From positions 2,688,001 through 2,752,000 of the forward strand of contig OZ241889.1 in assembly GCA_965203355.1 (NCBI GenBank): a stretch of DNA of 64,000 nucleotides. Direction: 5' to 3'. This document shows positions 44,296-58,297 of this stretch, piece after piece. The notes below the pieces were generated by a model that saw only the letters and a list, made by a program, of their open reading frames with translations, was not told where the DNA came from and made no database searches. This DNA comes from Candidatus Latescibacterota bacterium (GTDB lineage Bacteria; Latescibacterota; UBA2968; UBA8231). Each line of letters opens with the position of its first letter. Position 1 is the stretch's first letter. The translations under genes were made by a program, and so were the position numbers.

Positions 44296-45142
44296 TTGGC
44301 CGGTAGTTTCTTCCACTTGTGGCTGGCCGAGCGGAGCTTTCCCTTAGTTTTTGGCGATTGCGCGGACGAAGGAAAGATGCGGGCGGCCTTTGCGGCCGGT
44401 TCCGTAGGCCCGGATATCGGCTTTTTCCCCGGTGGCCCGGCGGTCTTGTCGCACCGCGCACATCTGGAGCGCTGTGGCGATTTTTTGCGCGCTCTGATCC
44501 ACGGGGCCACCAGTGCTAACGAGCGGGCGTTTGCTGCGGGTTGGGGGCTGCACGTCTATGCGGATATGGCCGTACATCCTTGGGTTGAGGAGCGCGTGGC
44601 GGCCTTGCTCCGCGCGGGGACCCGGCCAGCCGTGCCTGATTTATGGCACATGCGTTTGGAATGGGGGATTGACTGTCGCTTGCTGGCTAGCGCGGGAATG
44701 GACGGATTGTGGTGTGCGCGCTTGCACTTTCCCCGCCGCGCTGATGGCCGCAGCTTGCTGGGGGAAGTGGGGCAGGTTTTCTACGGTCGGGATGCCGATG
44801 AGAGCCTGCTCGAACGAGGGGAGGAGGCCACCGCCCGGTGGCTGCAACGAATTCCCAAAATTCTCTGGTGGGGAGGCCACATCCGCGTGGCCGGACGCCG
44901 CCCTAATCCCTTGTGTAAGTTGGCGTTTGCTCATCTGGGGCGCAAGATCCTCGGAGATTGGCTCCAGCACTGGGTACGCTTTAAGGATGGTGCGGCTTTA
45001 GCCCGTCCGCAGTTGCCTTCAGACCAAGTCTACGAGCAGGTCGTCAAGCTGGGCGAATCGGCGGTGGAACGGTTTTGTCTCGGTTTTGACGAGGGCTTCG
45101 CCCAGTTGGGCAACCCAGATTTATATACAGGCAAAATAGGCG

Positions 45143-45150
<8 letters not shown>
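44296..45150 (+). CDS. Zinc-dependent phospholipase C family protein
   Basis: N-terminal H, GSVGPD, GWGLHVYAD..VHPWV, WHMRLEWGID metal-ligand pattern. Confidence 0.75.
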
Positions 45151-49408
<4,258 letters not shown>

Positions 49409-49417
49409 GGGCGCCTT

Positions 49418-50530
49418 ATGGAACTGATGGACCTGCAAAAGGTGGGTTTGATCTTAAGCGGCGCGATCTACGTGGGCAGTGTCCTCTGGCTGTGGTGCGG
49501 CTTGAGCAGATGTCGCCTGGGTCCGGCTCTCGTGCGTGATCGCCTCTCCGTCAGTGCCATCGTCGCTGCACGCGACGAGGAAGCAACCTTGCCGCACTGC
49601 TTGGACGCTCTGGCTCGCCAGGACTATCAGGGAGCGTTTGAAGTGATCGTCGTTGATGACCGCTCGCACGACCGTACTTGGGAGCTCATTGCCGCAAAGA
49701 TGGAGACTTGGCCGGCTCTCAAGGGTGTGCAAGCCGCGCCAGATGGGCCGTTTAAGTGCCCGAAGAAAAGTGCGCTAGCTGAAGGAATTGCAGCGAGCAG
49801 TGGGGAGATTTTGCTCTTTACCGATGCCGATTGCCGCCCACCCGCAGATTGGGTTAGTTCGATGGTGGCGCACTTTGCGCCGGAGGTTGGCTTAGTCGCC
49901 GGGTACGCGTGCCCCGATCCGGTTTCTGGTGTGCTGAGCAAGGTCTTGGCTGTGGATAATATCGGAGTTGGGGCACTGGGGGCGGGGAGCTTTGGCATGG
50001 GGCACCCGCTGTCGTGTACGGGCCGCAATTTGGGCTATCGTCGCCAAGTGTACGACGAGTTGGGCGGCTTCGCGCAAATCGGGCATCTGATCGGGGGCGA
50101 CGATGTGTACTTCATGCGGTTGCTGAGTGCCCAGGGCCGGTGGGATATGGCGTTTAACCGCCAGACGGTCGTCCTCTCGCAGCCACCACCAGCCAAGCTC
50201 GCGGACGCAATCCAACAAAAGCTGCGGCACGCAGCCAAGGGAGGCCACTACAAGGGCCGTGCATTCTATTTGGCCCTTGGCGTCTATTTATTTCACGGCT
50301 TTCTCGCTTGGGGGCTGATACAGATGCTCTGGACTCAAAGCTGGGATGTCTGGGTCGCGGGTGTGTGGTTTACGCGCTGGGCCGTTGACTTGTTGCTGCT
50401 CAAGCGGATGGCCGTGCCCAAGGAGCGTCCGCTCCTGCGCTATTTGCCACTAGTGGAAGTTTTATATATTCCCTATGTGCTAATTTTTACGGTCGTCGGT
50501 CGTGGGGGATGGTTTCGCTGGAAAACCTGA
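49418..50530 (+). CDS. Membrane-anchored GT2 glycosyltransferase
   Basis: N-terminal TM, IVAARDEE, VDDRSHD, KKSAL, TDADC, GGDDV, QKLRHA, C-terminal TMs. Confidence 0.9.
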   Translation: MELMDLQKVGLILSGAIYVGSVLWLWCGLSRCRLGPALVRDRLSVSAIVAARDEEATLPHCLDALARQDYQGAFEVIVVDDRSHDRTWELIAAKMETWPALKGVQAAPDGPFKCPKKSALAEGIAASSGEILLFTDADCRPPADWVSSMVAHFAPEVGLVAGYACPDPVSGVLSKVLAVDNIGVGALGAGSFGMGHPLSCTGRNLGYRRQVYDELGGFAQIGHLIGGDDVYFMRLLSAQGRWDMAFNRQTVVLSQPPPAKLADAIQQKLRHAAKGGHYKGRAFYLALGVYLFHGFLAWGLIQMLWTQSWDVWVAGVWFTRWAVDLLLLKRMAVPKERPLLRYLPLVEVLYIPYVLIFTVVGRGGWFRWKT

Positions 50531-50543
50531 TAAAGGAGCTGAT

Positions 50544-51611
50544 TTGGCCTATCTGATCACGCCCAAAGCATTGCCGCGCTACGTTCGGCGCTACGCACAC
50601 GCATTTTCTTGGCAGCGGTTGGGCAATTTTCTAGCCGTTTTGGCGTCCATGGGGCTTTCGTGGCTGACCCGTCGGCCTATTGTGTGGGGGCGTCCTTTTA
50701 TGCTCATGGTCGAGCCGACCAACTTTTGCAACCTCAAGTGTCCTTTGTGTCCTTCGGGCAACGGCGAGATGCGCCGCCCGCGGGGCACTATGGGCTTGGA
50801 GGACTTCAAAAAGCTGGTTGACCAACTCGGCGATGAGGTCTTTATGATGATGCTGTGGAACCAAGGCGAGCCGTATATAAACAAGTGCTTCAACCAGATG
50901 GTGCGCTACGCCAGCGACCGCGGCATCTTCACCTTCACCAGCACTAACGGCCATTTCGTCCGCAACCTCGATCAGGCGCAGGCCATCGTCGAGTCTGGGC
51001 TAGATGAGATGATCGTCTCGTTGGATGGGGTTGATCAAGCCACGTACGAACGATATCGGGTCGGTGGTCAGATCGAGCGCGTATTTTCCGGGGTCCGCCT
51101 GCTGGTCGCAGCCAAAGAAGCGCTGAGGTCGCAGACGCCGCTGATCAACTTGCAATTCATCGTTATGAAGCACAACGAGCGCGATCTGGCCACGGCCGAA
51201 GCACTAGCCAAGGACCTGCGCGTTGACAAGTTCTTGGTCAAAACGGCCCAAGTTTACACGGCGGCGGACGCCGAGGCGTTTTTGCCCGAGGACGCACAGT
51301 ACAGCCGCTACGAACACGCGGCAGACGAGTTGGTAGTCAAAGGGCAGCCCCCGCGGGGTTGCAAGGTGCTGTGGTACAGCACGATGGTCAACTGGGATGG
51401 AGCGGTCGCGCCCTGCTGTTTCGACAAGGACGTTGACTTTGGCATGGGGCAGGCCTTCAACGGCCGCTCTTTTGACGAGATCTGGCGCAGCCGGGCCTAT
51501 ATGGACTTTCGCCGCCAGGTCTTGGCCAATCGCAATAGCTTCGACATGTGTCGCAACTGTTCCGAGGGCTATCGAGGCATGTTTTCGCTGATCAAGGAAA
51601 TCAAGGGCTAA
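50544..51611 (+). CDS. Radical SAM/SPASM domain protein
   Basis: EPTNFCNLKCPLC motif, QGEP, STNG, C-terminal C..LW...DG.V.PCC.D...CRNC twitch/SPASM. TTG start after AAGGAG. Confidence 0.92.
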   Translation: MAYLITPKALPRYVRRYAHAFSWQRLGNFLAVLASMGLSWLTRRPIVWGRPFMLMVEPTNFCNLKCPLCPSGNGEMRRPRGTMGLEDFKKLVDQLGDEVFMMMLWNQGEPYINKCFNQMVRYASDRGIFTFTSTNGHFVRNLDQAQAIVESGLDEMIVSLDGVDQATYERYRVGGQIERVFSGVRLLVAAKEALRSQTPLINLQFIVMKHNERDLATAEALAKDLRVDKFLVKTAQVYTAADAEAFLPEDAQYSRYEHAADELVVKGQPPRGCKVLWYSTMVNWDGAVAPCCFDKDVDFGMGQAFNGRSFDEIWRSRAYMDFRRQVLANRNSFDMCRNCSEGYRGMFSLIKEIKG

Positions 51612-52813
51612 TGTCGGTGCTGTCCGCGCCCGAGTATCTCTTGGCGTTCTGTGCGCTGGCTTACTTGCTTGGGGCTTTGGGGTTCATCACCGGAGTGCGC
51701 CGCCGGCCCGGCCACGCCCCTACCGCGCCCATCCAGTTGCAGTTGGTTTCGGTCGTCGTCGCCGCTCGCGACGAAGCCGCGCCCATCGTTTGCTGTCTGC
51801 GCGCCTTGCTGGCGCAGGATTATCCCCGAGATCGCTACGAAATCATCGTCGTGGACGATGGCTCCACCGACGGCACGGGCCACATGGTACGCGAGTTCAG
51901 CAGGGAGACGGCGTCCGTGCGCTTGCTGAAAACCCAAGGGCCGGGTTCCAAGAAGGCCGCGCTCAGCTTGGGAATCGCCGAAGCGCGGGGAGAGGTGATT
52001 CTCACTACGGATGCCGACTGCCAGGTTGGTCCAGGATGGATCCGTGGCATGTTGTCGCACTTTGCCGACGGGGTGGGCATGGTCATTGGCTTTTCGCAGA
52101 TTGGTTCGCCATCCGAGATCAAGGGGTGGCGTCAGGGATACGAAGCGGTTGACTTCACCTGTTTGATGGCTTGCATCTGGGGCAGTACCGGTTGGGGGCA
52201 TTCCATGGCGGCTTCTGGGCAGAATTTGGCCTTTTTGCGGGAAGCGTTTTTCGCCGTTGGCGGCTATAAAAAGATCATGCACCGGGCCTCTGGAGATGAT
52301 GTGTTGCTCATGCAGGCTATGCGCCGCTCGGGCCGATGGTCCATTGTCTTTGCCGATCAGCCAGCGACCTTTGTGCGACATCCAGTGGCCACCTCTTGGG
52401 GCGAGTTATTTGGCCAGCGCAGCCGCTGGGCCTCCAATGCCCCGGTCCTCGCCCGCCTAGATCCGCTCTTTTTTGGTTACATGATGCTCACCTACGTTTT
52501 GAGTTGGGCGGTACTCATGGCTCCCTTGCTGTGCTTGGCCAACTTGCTGAATCCCTTGTGGGCCTTGGGCGCGGTAGGGGCGAAAGTGGGGGGCGAGTGG
52601 GGTGTATTTAGCCGTGGAATGTTGCTATCGGGTCGGCGCGAATTGCGCCGCTACTTTCCCCTTTGGGCCTTGGTGCAACCCCTACACGTAGTTTTGGTCG
52701 GCACCGTTGGTTGCTTGGGGATTTTTCGCTGGAAGGGCCGCGTCCACCTCTGGGGGCGGCGCGTACGCGGTGCCAGCACCAGCGTTGAGCTATCCGAGCC
52801 GTCCCGACGCTGA
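51611..52813 (+). CDS. Membrane-anchored GT2 glycosyltransferase, paralog
   Basis: VVAARDE, VDDGSTD, KKAAL, TDADC, SGDDV, QRSRW motif. TAATG overlap with the upstream gene. Confidence 0.9.
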   Translation: MSVLSAPEYLLAFCALAYLLGALGFITGVRRRPGHAPTAPIQLQLVSVVVAARDEAAPIVCCLRALLAQDYPRDRYEIIVVDDGSTDGTGHMVREFSRETASVRLLKTQGPGSKKAALSLGIAEARGEVILTTDADCQVGPGWIRGMLSHFADGVGMVIGFSQIGSPSEIKGWRQGYEAVDFTCLMACIWGSTGWGHSMAASGQNLAFLREAFFAVGGYKKIMHRASGDDVLLMQAMRRSGRWSIVFADQPATFVRHPVATSWGELFGQRSRWASNAPVLARLDPLFFGYMMLTYVLSWAVLMAPLLCLANLLNPLWALGAVGAKVGGEWGVFSRGMLLSGRRELRRYFPLWALVQPLHVVLVGTVGCLGIFRWKGRVHLWGRRVRGASTSVELSEPSRR

Positions 52814-52827
52814 GGAAGGAAGGCGAA

Positions 52828-53484
52828 GTGGAAGTGGGGGAACGCGAAGTCGAGCGGGCGCAGATCGTCTGTCGGGAACTCAAAAAAACCATTCCCAAAC
52901 CGAGAGTGGAACTCAACTATAACAACGCCTTGGAACTGATGGTGGCCACTGTGCTCGCGGCGCAGAGCACGGATGTCAAGGTCAACGAAGTCACCGCAGT
53001 GCTATTCAAAAAATATCAATGTGCAGCCGACTATGCGGAGGTAGAAGCCGAGGAATTGGAGGCAGATATCCACTCGACCGGTTTCTATCGGCAAAAGGCC
53101 AAAAATATCCGTGCGGCTATGGTGATGCTCATTGACGAGCACGACGGCCAAGTCCCCAAGCAAATGGACGCCTTGCTCCGCTTGCCCGGCATTGGACGCA
53201 AGAGTGCCAATGTCATTCTCGGTAACGTATATGGCGTACCCGGCATCGTGGTCGATACGCATGTGGGGCGGGTGAGTCGGCGTTTGGGGCTAACCGCCGA
53301 AACCGATCCAGTCAAGGTCGAAATGGTCTTGGCGCAGCTACTGTCGGTTGAGGAATGGACGGCTTTTGGCCAGCGCGTGGTTTTGCACGGTCGCTACGTG
53401 TGTAAGGCGTGCAAGCCCCGGTGCGACGAGTGCGTACTCATGCCGCATTGCGATTATTTTACCAGCCGGATCGCGGAGACTTAG
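52828..53484 (+). CDS. nth: Endonuclease III
   Basis: LAAQSTD, HhH LPGIGRKSANV, VDTHV, C-X6-C-X2-C-X5-C 4Fe-4S motif. Confidence 0.95.
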   Translation: MEVGEREVERAQIVCRELKKTIPKPRVELNYNNALELMVATVLAAQSTDVKVNEVTAVLFKKYQCAADYAEVEAEELEADIHSTGFYRQKAKNIRAAMVMLIDEHDGQVPKQMDALLRLPGIGRKSANVILGNVYGVPGIVVDTHVGRVSRRLGLTAETDPVKVEMVLAQLLSVEEWTAFGQRVVLHGRYVCKACKPRCDECVLMPHCDYFTSRIAET

Positions 53485-54761
53485 CGGCGTGGTTGCGGCA
53501 GGCGCTTGAGGACGGCGGTTATTTCCGCGGGCGTCTGCGCGGCGAGCATGTCGCGGTGCGTAGTGTCGGTGTGCATCAAGGTCGCGATCTGGGCGAGGAT
53601 CGGGATGTAGCTGCGGTAGTTTTGTTCTGGGGTCAACAGCAAGAAGATGAAGCGGACCGGCTCGGGGGTAGGGCCTTCAAAGTCAATGCCTTGTCGGCAA
53701 ATTCCCAAACAGCCGATGATCCCGTCCAGATCGGGGATGGGCGCATGGGGGATGGCCGTGCTGTGTCCCAGCGAGGTCGAGCCTTTGCGCTCGCGCGCGA
53801 ACGCGGTCTCAAGAACGATCTGGCGTCCGCTGGCGGGGATTTGTTTTTCTTCTATTAACACATCGACCATCTGAGCAATGGCATCCCACTTGTCGTTGGG
53901 GGTGAGGTCCAAGCGGATGGTGTGTTCCCAGAAAATGCGACTTAGCTGTAGGTCGCTGGCCGCGGCTGAGCGGACCATTAGCACTGAACAAGGCACCTGA
54001 TAGGCGATCTGATCCGGGATAGAGCCCGCGAGGTGTTCCGCTTGACGCCAGTCGTTTGAGGCACCCAGTACGATCAAATCGTGGACTTGCGCCTTTTCGA
54101 CAATGGCTGGGACCACATCAATGGCTGGGACCACAGTCAGCGGTGCGTCAATTCCCAAGAGTTCTAGTTGCCTGCGGGTATCTACGGCTAGCTGCGAACA
54201 ATAGCGCTGGAGGATCGGGTCGGAGGGGGCACGGGTGTCGCGGACGATGCGGAGGATTTCCAGTTTAGCACCCCAAGTCCGGGCCAGATCGTAGGCGATC
54301 TGTACGCCTACCAGCGCGTGATTGCCGCCGCTGAAGGGCACGAGAATCCGGCGCACTGGTCCGCTCTTCTTTTCTTTAAAAATTAAGGTGTCGATGTCGA
54401 CGTCCTTGGTCAGGGCGCGGTTGGGCGCGGATAGAATCGCGTCGCGCTCGACATTGGCTTTCCAGGCCATGAGCATCATGTTGCAACTCCAGCGGCGGAC
54501 CGCCTGCTGAATTCCGTGCGTCACGTCCGCGTCTTTTTCCAAATGCGCGATAGCGCCGACGTTGTGAGCCATGGCCCGGTTGGCCGAAACCTGGAGCACT
54601 TGTTTCAGGTTGGGCAGAGGCTCAGCATCGGGCGTCAGGATGTGGATCAGATGCAGCTCACCCCAAGGGGAAGGGGCGAGGGTCGCGGCCAAGTCGACGA
54701 GAGTGTGTTCTTGGTGCGGATTTTCGAGCGGTACCAGAATGCGAAGTTGAGCAGGCGACAT
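53481..54761 (-). CDS. Tandem universal stress (UspA) domains fused to PTS EIIA (Ntr/Fru type) domain
   Basis: RILVPL... and RILVPFSGG...DLIVLGAS...CSVLMVR USP domains. RERKGSTSLG..AIPH...PVRFIFLL EIIA domain. Confidence 0.85.
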   Translation of the reverse strand: MSPAQLRILVPLENPHQEHTLVDLAATLAPSPWGELHLIHILTPDAEPLPNLKQVLQVSANRAMAHNVGAIAHLEKDADVTHGIQQAVRRWSCNMMLMAWKANVERDAILSAPNRALTKDVDIDTLIFKEKKSGPVRRILVPFSGGNHALVGVQIAYDLARTWGAKLEILRIVRDTRAPSDPILQRYCSQLAVDTRRQLELLGIDAPLTVVPAIDVVPAIVEKAQVHDLIVLGASNDWRQAEHLAGSIPDQIAYQVPCSVLMVRSAAASDLQLSRIFWEHTIRLDLTPNDKWDAIAQMVDVLIEEKQIPASGRQIVLETAFARERKGSTSLGHSTAIPHAPIPDLDGIIGCLGICRQGIDFEGPTPEPVRFIFLLLTPEQNYRSYIPILAQIATLMHTDTTHRDMLAAQTPAEITAVLKRLPQPRR

Positions 54762-54956
54762 CTTGTTGGAGGTCAAAAAAGGGGAGTCGGTGCGGGGACG
54801 CAGCCTTTACCTAGCGCAGGCTAATTGACTAACCATATTATATCGACATGAGTCCATGACCACAGCCTCATCTATTTTAGCCCTTTTTTAATAGTTTGAC
54901 AACCTTATCATGGGCATCTTGTTCAGCGACTACATTCCCTCCCCTCGCCGCGTGAC

Positions 54957-55180
54957 TTGGCAGCCAGAGTTTGCGGATTCCTCACCAAACAATACGTACA
55001 ATTAGGCCCGGTATTCGAAGTTAGGGCGTTCCAGCGAAAGATCGTCGTCCTAGCGGGCATTGAAGCCAATCTGTTTATGTTATGGCGCGCAAGGGTAAGT
55101 CCTATCTGCGTTCTTATGAAAACTGGGGGCCATTTGCGAAAGAGTTGGATGCAACACGCATTCTTACGAGCATGGATGGT
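54957..55180 (+). pseudogene. Cytochrome P450 N-terminal relic
   Basis: FLTKQYVQLGPVFEVRAFQRKIVVLAGIEANLFM, then after a 5-bp TTATG duplication ARKGKSYLRSYENW...ILTSMDG. No heme-binding C-terminus. Confidence 0.65.
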
Positions 55181-55198
55181 AGCAAACTGGAGCATTGC

Positions 55199-55227
55199 TT
55201 GACAACCCCATGAACGTCGGCTATACT
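55199..55227 (+). promoter_or_regulatory. Sigma70 promoter for the amidohydrolase operon
   Basis: TTGACA-17 nt-TATACT, 25 bp upstream of ATG 55253. Confidence 0.75.
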
Positions 55228-55252
55228 GGCCGACCTAAAAAGACGGAGATTC

Positions 55253-56608
55253 ATGCGGAGCAAAGAGGAATTAAAGGCCGTAGTCTGTGCGGCGATTGAT
55301 CGGCGGAGCGAACAGATTATCGGGCTGGGAGAAGCCATCATGGACCAACCCGAATTGGGCTTTAAGGAAGAGCAGACAGCCCGCCGCGTCTGCGAAAGTT
55401 TTGCCGACCTCGGATTGCAGTACGAGCGGGAACTTGCGCTGACTGGTGTAAAGGCCCGTTTCAAGGGGCAGCAATCAGGTCCGACTGTGGTGCTGATGGG
55501 TGAACTCGACGCACTCATCGTGCCCGATCATCCGCGCGCCGACCCGGCAACTGGAGCGGCACACGCTTGTGGGCATAACGCCCAGATCGCCGGGATGCTA
55601 GGTGCCGCCCATGGGCTTGTAGCGGCCGGTGTCAGTGAGGAACTGGCCGGGGAAATCGCGTTTTTCGCCGTACCCGCAGAAGAGTACGTCGAAATAGACT
55701 ACCGCTTAGGACTGGTCGAGAAAGGCAAGATTTCGTTTTTAGGAGGCAAGCCTGAGTTGGTCGAACTGGGGCACTTCGACGACGTAGATATGGCTGTGAT
55801 GATCCACACCAGCAGTTCGGCCCAAACCGAGGGGGCGGTGGGGATCGCCTGTTCGTCCAATGGCTTCTTGGCCAAGAATGTGCGTTTCATTGGCCGGGCC
55901 GCCCACGCCGGGGGGGCACCGGAGAAAGGCATCAACGCGCTCAGCGCGGCGACCCTTGCCCTCAGCGCGATTGACGCTCAGCGCGAGACCTTCCGCGACC
56001 AGGACTGTGTGCGGGTGCATCCGATCATCACGAAGGGGGGCGATCTGGTCAATATAATCCCGGCTGAGGTGCGTCTGGAAACCTATGTCCGCGCTCGTAC
56101 CTCCGAAGCGATACTCGATGCGTCGCACAAGGTTGATCGGGCACTGCGGGGAGCGGCGGTCGCCCTCGGCTGCTCAGTTGAGATCGAAACAATGCCCGGA
56201 TACCTGCCCCTGTGCAACGATCCCGACTTAGGGCAGCTTTTCAAGGATAACGCCACGCGAATTTTCGGCCCAGATCAGTACCGGGATTATCCGCACGGCG
56301 GCGGCTCCACCGACGCAGGTGATCTCAGTCAGATCATGCCAGTGCTACATCCAGTTATGACCGGGGCCAGCGGTGCCGTGCATGGACCCGATTGGAGCAT
56401 CGCCGACCCAGTCGCTGGGTACCTCGCTCCGGCCAAGGTCCTAGCCATGATGGCCATCGACCTACTGTACGGCGATGCTTCCGCAGCTCGGGACATTCTG
56501 CAAACTCATGCGCCCAACATGAGCAAGGGCGAATATCTCCAACAGCAAAAGGCACTCTTTCGCCGGGCGCTCTTCGCCGGTGATCGAGCCGGGGAGAATA
56601 CAACGTGA
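55253..56608 (+). CDS. M20 family amidohydrolase (AbgB/Acy1-like)
   Basis: PELGFKE, GELDAL, HACGH, PAEE, GRAAHAG.P..GINAL, GSTD.GD.S. Confidence 0.92.
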   Translation: MRSKEELKAVVCAAIDRRSEQIIGLGEAIMDQPELGFKEEQTARRVCESFADLGLQYERELALTGVKARFKGQQSGPTVVLMGELDALIVPDHPRADPATGAAHACGHNAQIAGMLGAAHGLVAAGVSEELAGEIAFFAVPAEEYVEIDYRLGLVEKGKISFLGGKPELVELGHFDDVDMAVMIHTSSSAQTEGAVGIACSSNGFLAKNVRFIGRAAHAGGAPEKGINALSAATLALSAIDAQRETFRDQDCVRVHPIITKGGDLVNIIPAEVRLETYVRARTSEAILDASHKVDRALRGAAVALGCSVEIETMPGYLPLCNDPDLGQLFKDNATRIFGPDQYRDYPHGGGSTDAGDLSQIMPVLHPVMTGASGAVHGPDWSIADPVAGYLAPAKVLAMMAIDLLYGDASAARDILQTHAPNMSKGEYLQQQKALFRRALFAGDRAGENTT

Positions 56609-57369
56609 AGCTCGGTATGGTGACGTACAATTTAGGCCGCAATTGGGATTTGGAGACTCTGATTACCCATTGCGAGGAAACTGGTTTTGCCGGAGTTGAG
56701 TTGCGGACGACACATGCCCACGGAGTCGAAGTGGCACTCAGTGCAGCCGAGCGGGCCGCGGTCAAGAAGCGCTTTGCCGACTCGGCGGTCGAACTGGTAG
56801 GATTGGGCAGTGCTTTTGAATACGACGCCGTCGATCCTCAGGTTGTGCGGAGCCACATTGACGGGACCAAAGAATACGTGCGCTTGGCTCGCGATCTCGG
56901 GGTCGGCGGAGTCAAGGTGCGTCCCAACAACGTCCACCTAGATGAGGGGATTTCCATTGAGCAGACGTTAGAGCAGATCGGTGTCAGCTTGCGCGAGTGT
57001 GGCGAATTCGCCCGAGATCTAGGGGTGCAGATCCGTTTAGAGGTCCACGGCCGCACCACTTCAAATCCAGCCAACATCCGCAAGATTCTCGACTACGCCG
57101 ACCACGACAATGTCTTCGTCTGCTGGAACTCCAATGCGACGGACTTAGTTGACCGCTCCATCGACGGCAGTTTCGCCGCCTTGCAGGAGGCCATTGCCTT
57201 GGTCCACATTACCGAGTTGTGGAGCGATTACCCGTGGAGGCGGCTCTTTACCCTGCTGCGGCAGAGCGGCTACGCAGGTTATTGTCTCGCAGAAGTTCCC
57301 GAAAGCCCAGAACCCGTGCGCCTGATGCGCTATTATCGAGCCTTGTGGCAGGCCCTCGCCGAAGGCTAG
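56605..57369 (+). CDS. Sugar phosphate isomerase/epimerase (xylose isomerase-like TIM barrel)
   Basis: GFAGVELR, LARDLG, IRLEVH, VHI, GYAG...E pattern. Confidence 0.85.
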   Translation: MKLGMVTYNLGRNWDLETLITHCEETGFAGVELRTTHAHGVEVALSAAERAAVKKRFADSAVELVGLGSAFEYDAVDPQVVRSHIDGTKEYVRLARDLGVGGVKVRPNNVHLDEGISIEQTLEQIGVSLRECGEFARDLGVQIRLEVHGRTTSNPANIRKILDYADHDNVFVCWNSNATDLVDRSIDGSFAALQEAIALVHITELWSDYPWRRLFTLLRQSGYAGYCLAEVPESPEPVRLMRYYRALWQALAEG

Positions 57370-57378
57370 CGAGGGGCG

Positions 57379-58230
57379 ATGCCTGAGATCGCCTATATCA
57401 ACGGCCGCTTCTGTCCATTGGCCGAAGCGGTGGTGTCGGTCGAAGACCGGGGCTATCAGTTCGCCGATGGGGTCTATGAGGTCGTTGGGACTTACGGAGG
57501 ATGTCCCTATGCCTTAGAGCCGCATTTGCTGCGCCTGCAGGGCAACCTAGAAGCACTGCACTTGCCGTTAGATATCCGCGAGTATGGCCTTAAGGCCAAG
57601 CTGATGGAGGGCATTGAGCGAAGCGGTTTTGGCGAAACCTTAGTCTATATCCAAATCACGCGAGGGGTCGCCCCTAGACAACACGATTTTCCCGCGGTCC
57701 CGATCGTGCCCACGGTCGTAATGACGTTTAAGGAATTGCGTCGCTTGCCCAGGGATCGCTACGACCGAGGCGTCGAGGTTATTAGCACCGAAGACTTGCG
57801 CTGGAAGCGCTGCGATATCAAGAGCATCGCCTTACTCCCCAACATCTTGGCCAAACAGGCGGCGACGCAAGCCGGGGCTTTTGAGGCACTGCTGGTCGAT
57901 GCGGAAGGCCGGGTCACCGAAGGAGCTTCAACCAGTACCTTCTGCGTCCAGTCAGGTAGATTGTGCACCGCGCCGATTGGCCCCCATATCTTGCCGAGTA
58001 TCACCAGAGGGATTCTCCTCGATTTGGCCCGCGCGCTCGGCATACTTATCGACGAAAAGTTTTGTACGCTGGATCAATTTAAGGAAGCCGACGAGGTTTT
58101 TATCGTCGGTACTACCCTTGAAGCGATGCCGGTGGTACAAATCGATAATGCCATTATCGGCGATGGTGTGCCGGGGCCGATAACGCAGCAGATCCGCGCC
58201 GCGTTTCTGGAGTCGCTGGATTTGACCTGA
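57379..58230 (+). CDS. dat: Class IV PLP aminotransferase, D-amino-acid aminotransferase-like
   Basis: EDRGYQFADGVYEV, YIQITRGVAPRQH.FP, DLRWKRCDIKS..LLPN, TEG, ILPSITR. Confidence 0.85.
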   Translation: MPEIAYINGRFCPLAEAVVSVEDRGYQFADGVYEVVGTYGGCPYALEPHLLRLQGNLEALHLPLDIREYGLKAKLMEGIERSGFGETLVYIQITRGVAPRQHDFPAVPIVPTVVMTFKELRRLPRDRYDRGVEVISTEDLRWKRCDIKSIALLPNILAKQAATQAGAFEALLVDAEGRVTEGASTSTFCVQSGRLCTAPIGPHILPSITRGILLDLARALGILIDEKFCTLDQFKEADEVFIVGTTLEAMPVVQIDNAIIGDGVPGPITQQIRAAFLESLDLT

Positions 58231-58243
58231 AAAAGGGTACGAC

Positions 58244-58286
58244 ACACACAAAAGGGGAGGCACTCAGCACCTCCCTTTTTGTGTGT
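58244..58286. terminator. Bidirectional intrinsic terminator
   Basis: ACACACAAAAGGGGAGG / CCTCCCTTTTTGTGTGT 17-bp inverted repeat between convergent genes. Confidence 0.85.
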
Positions 58287-58297
58287 TACCAGAGGTT

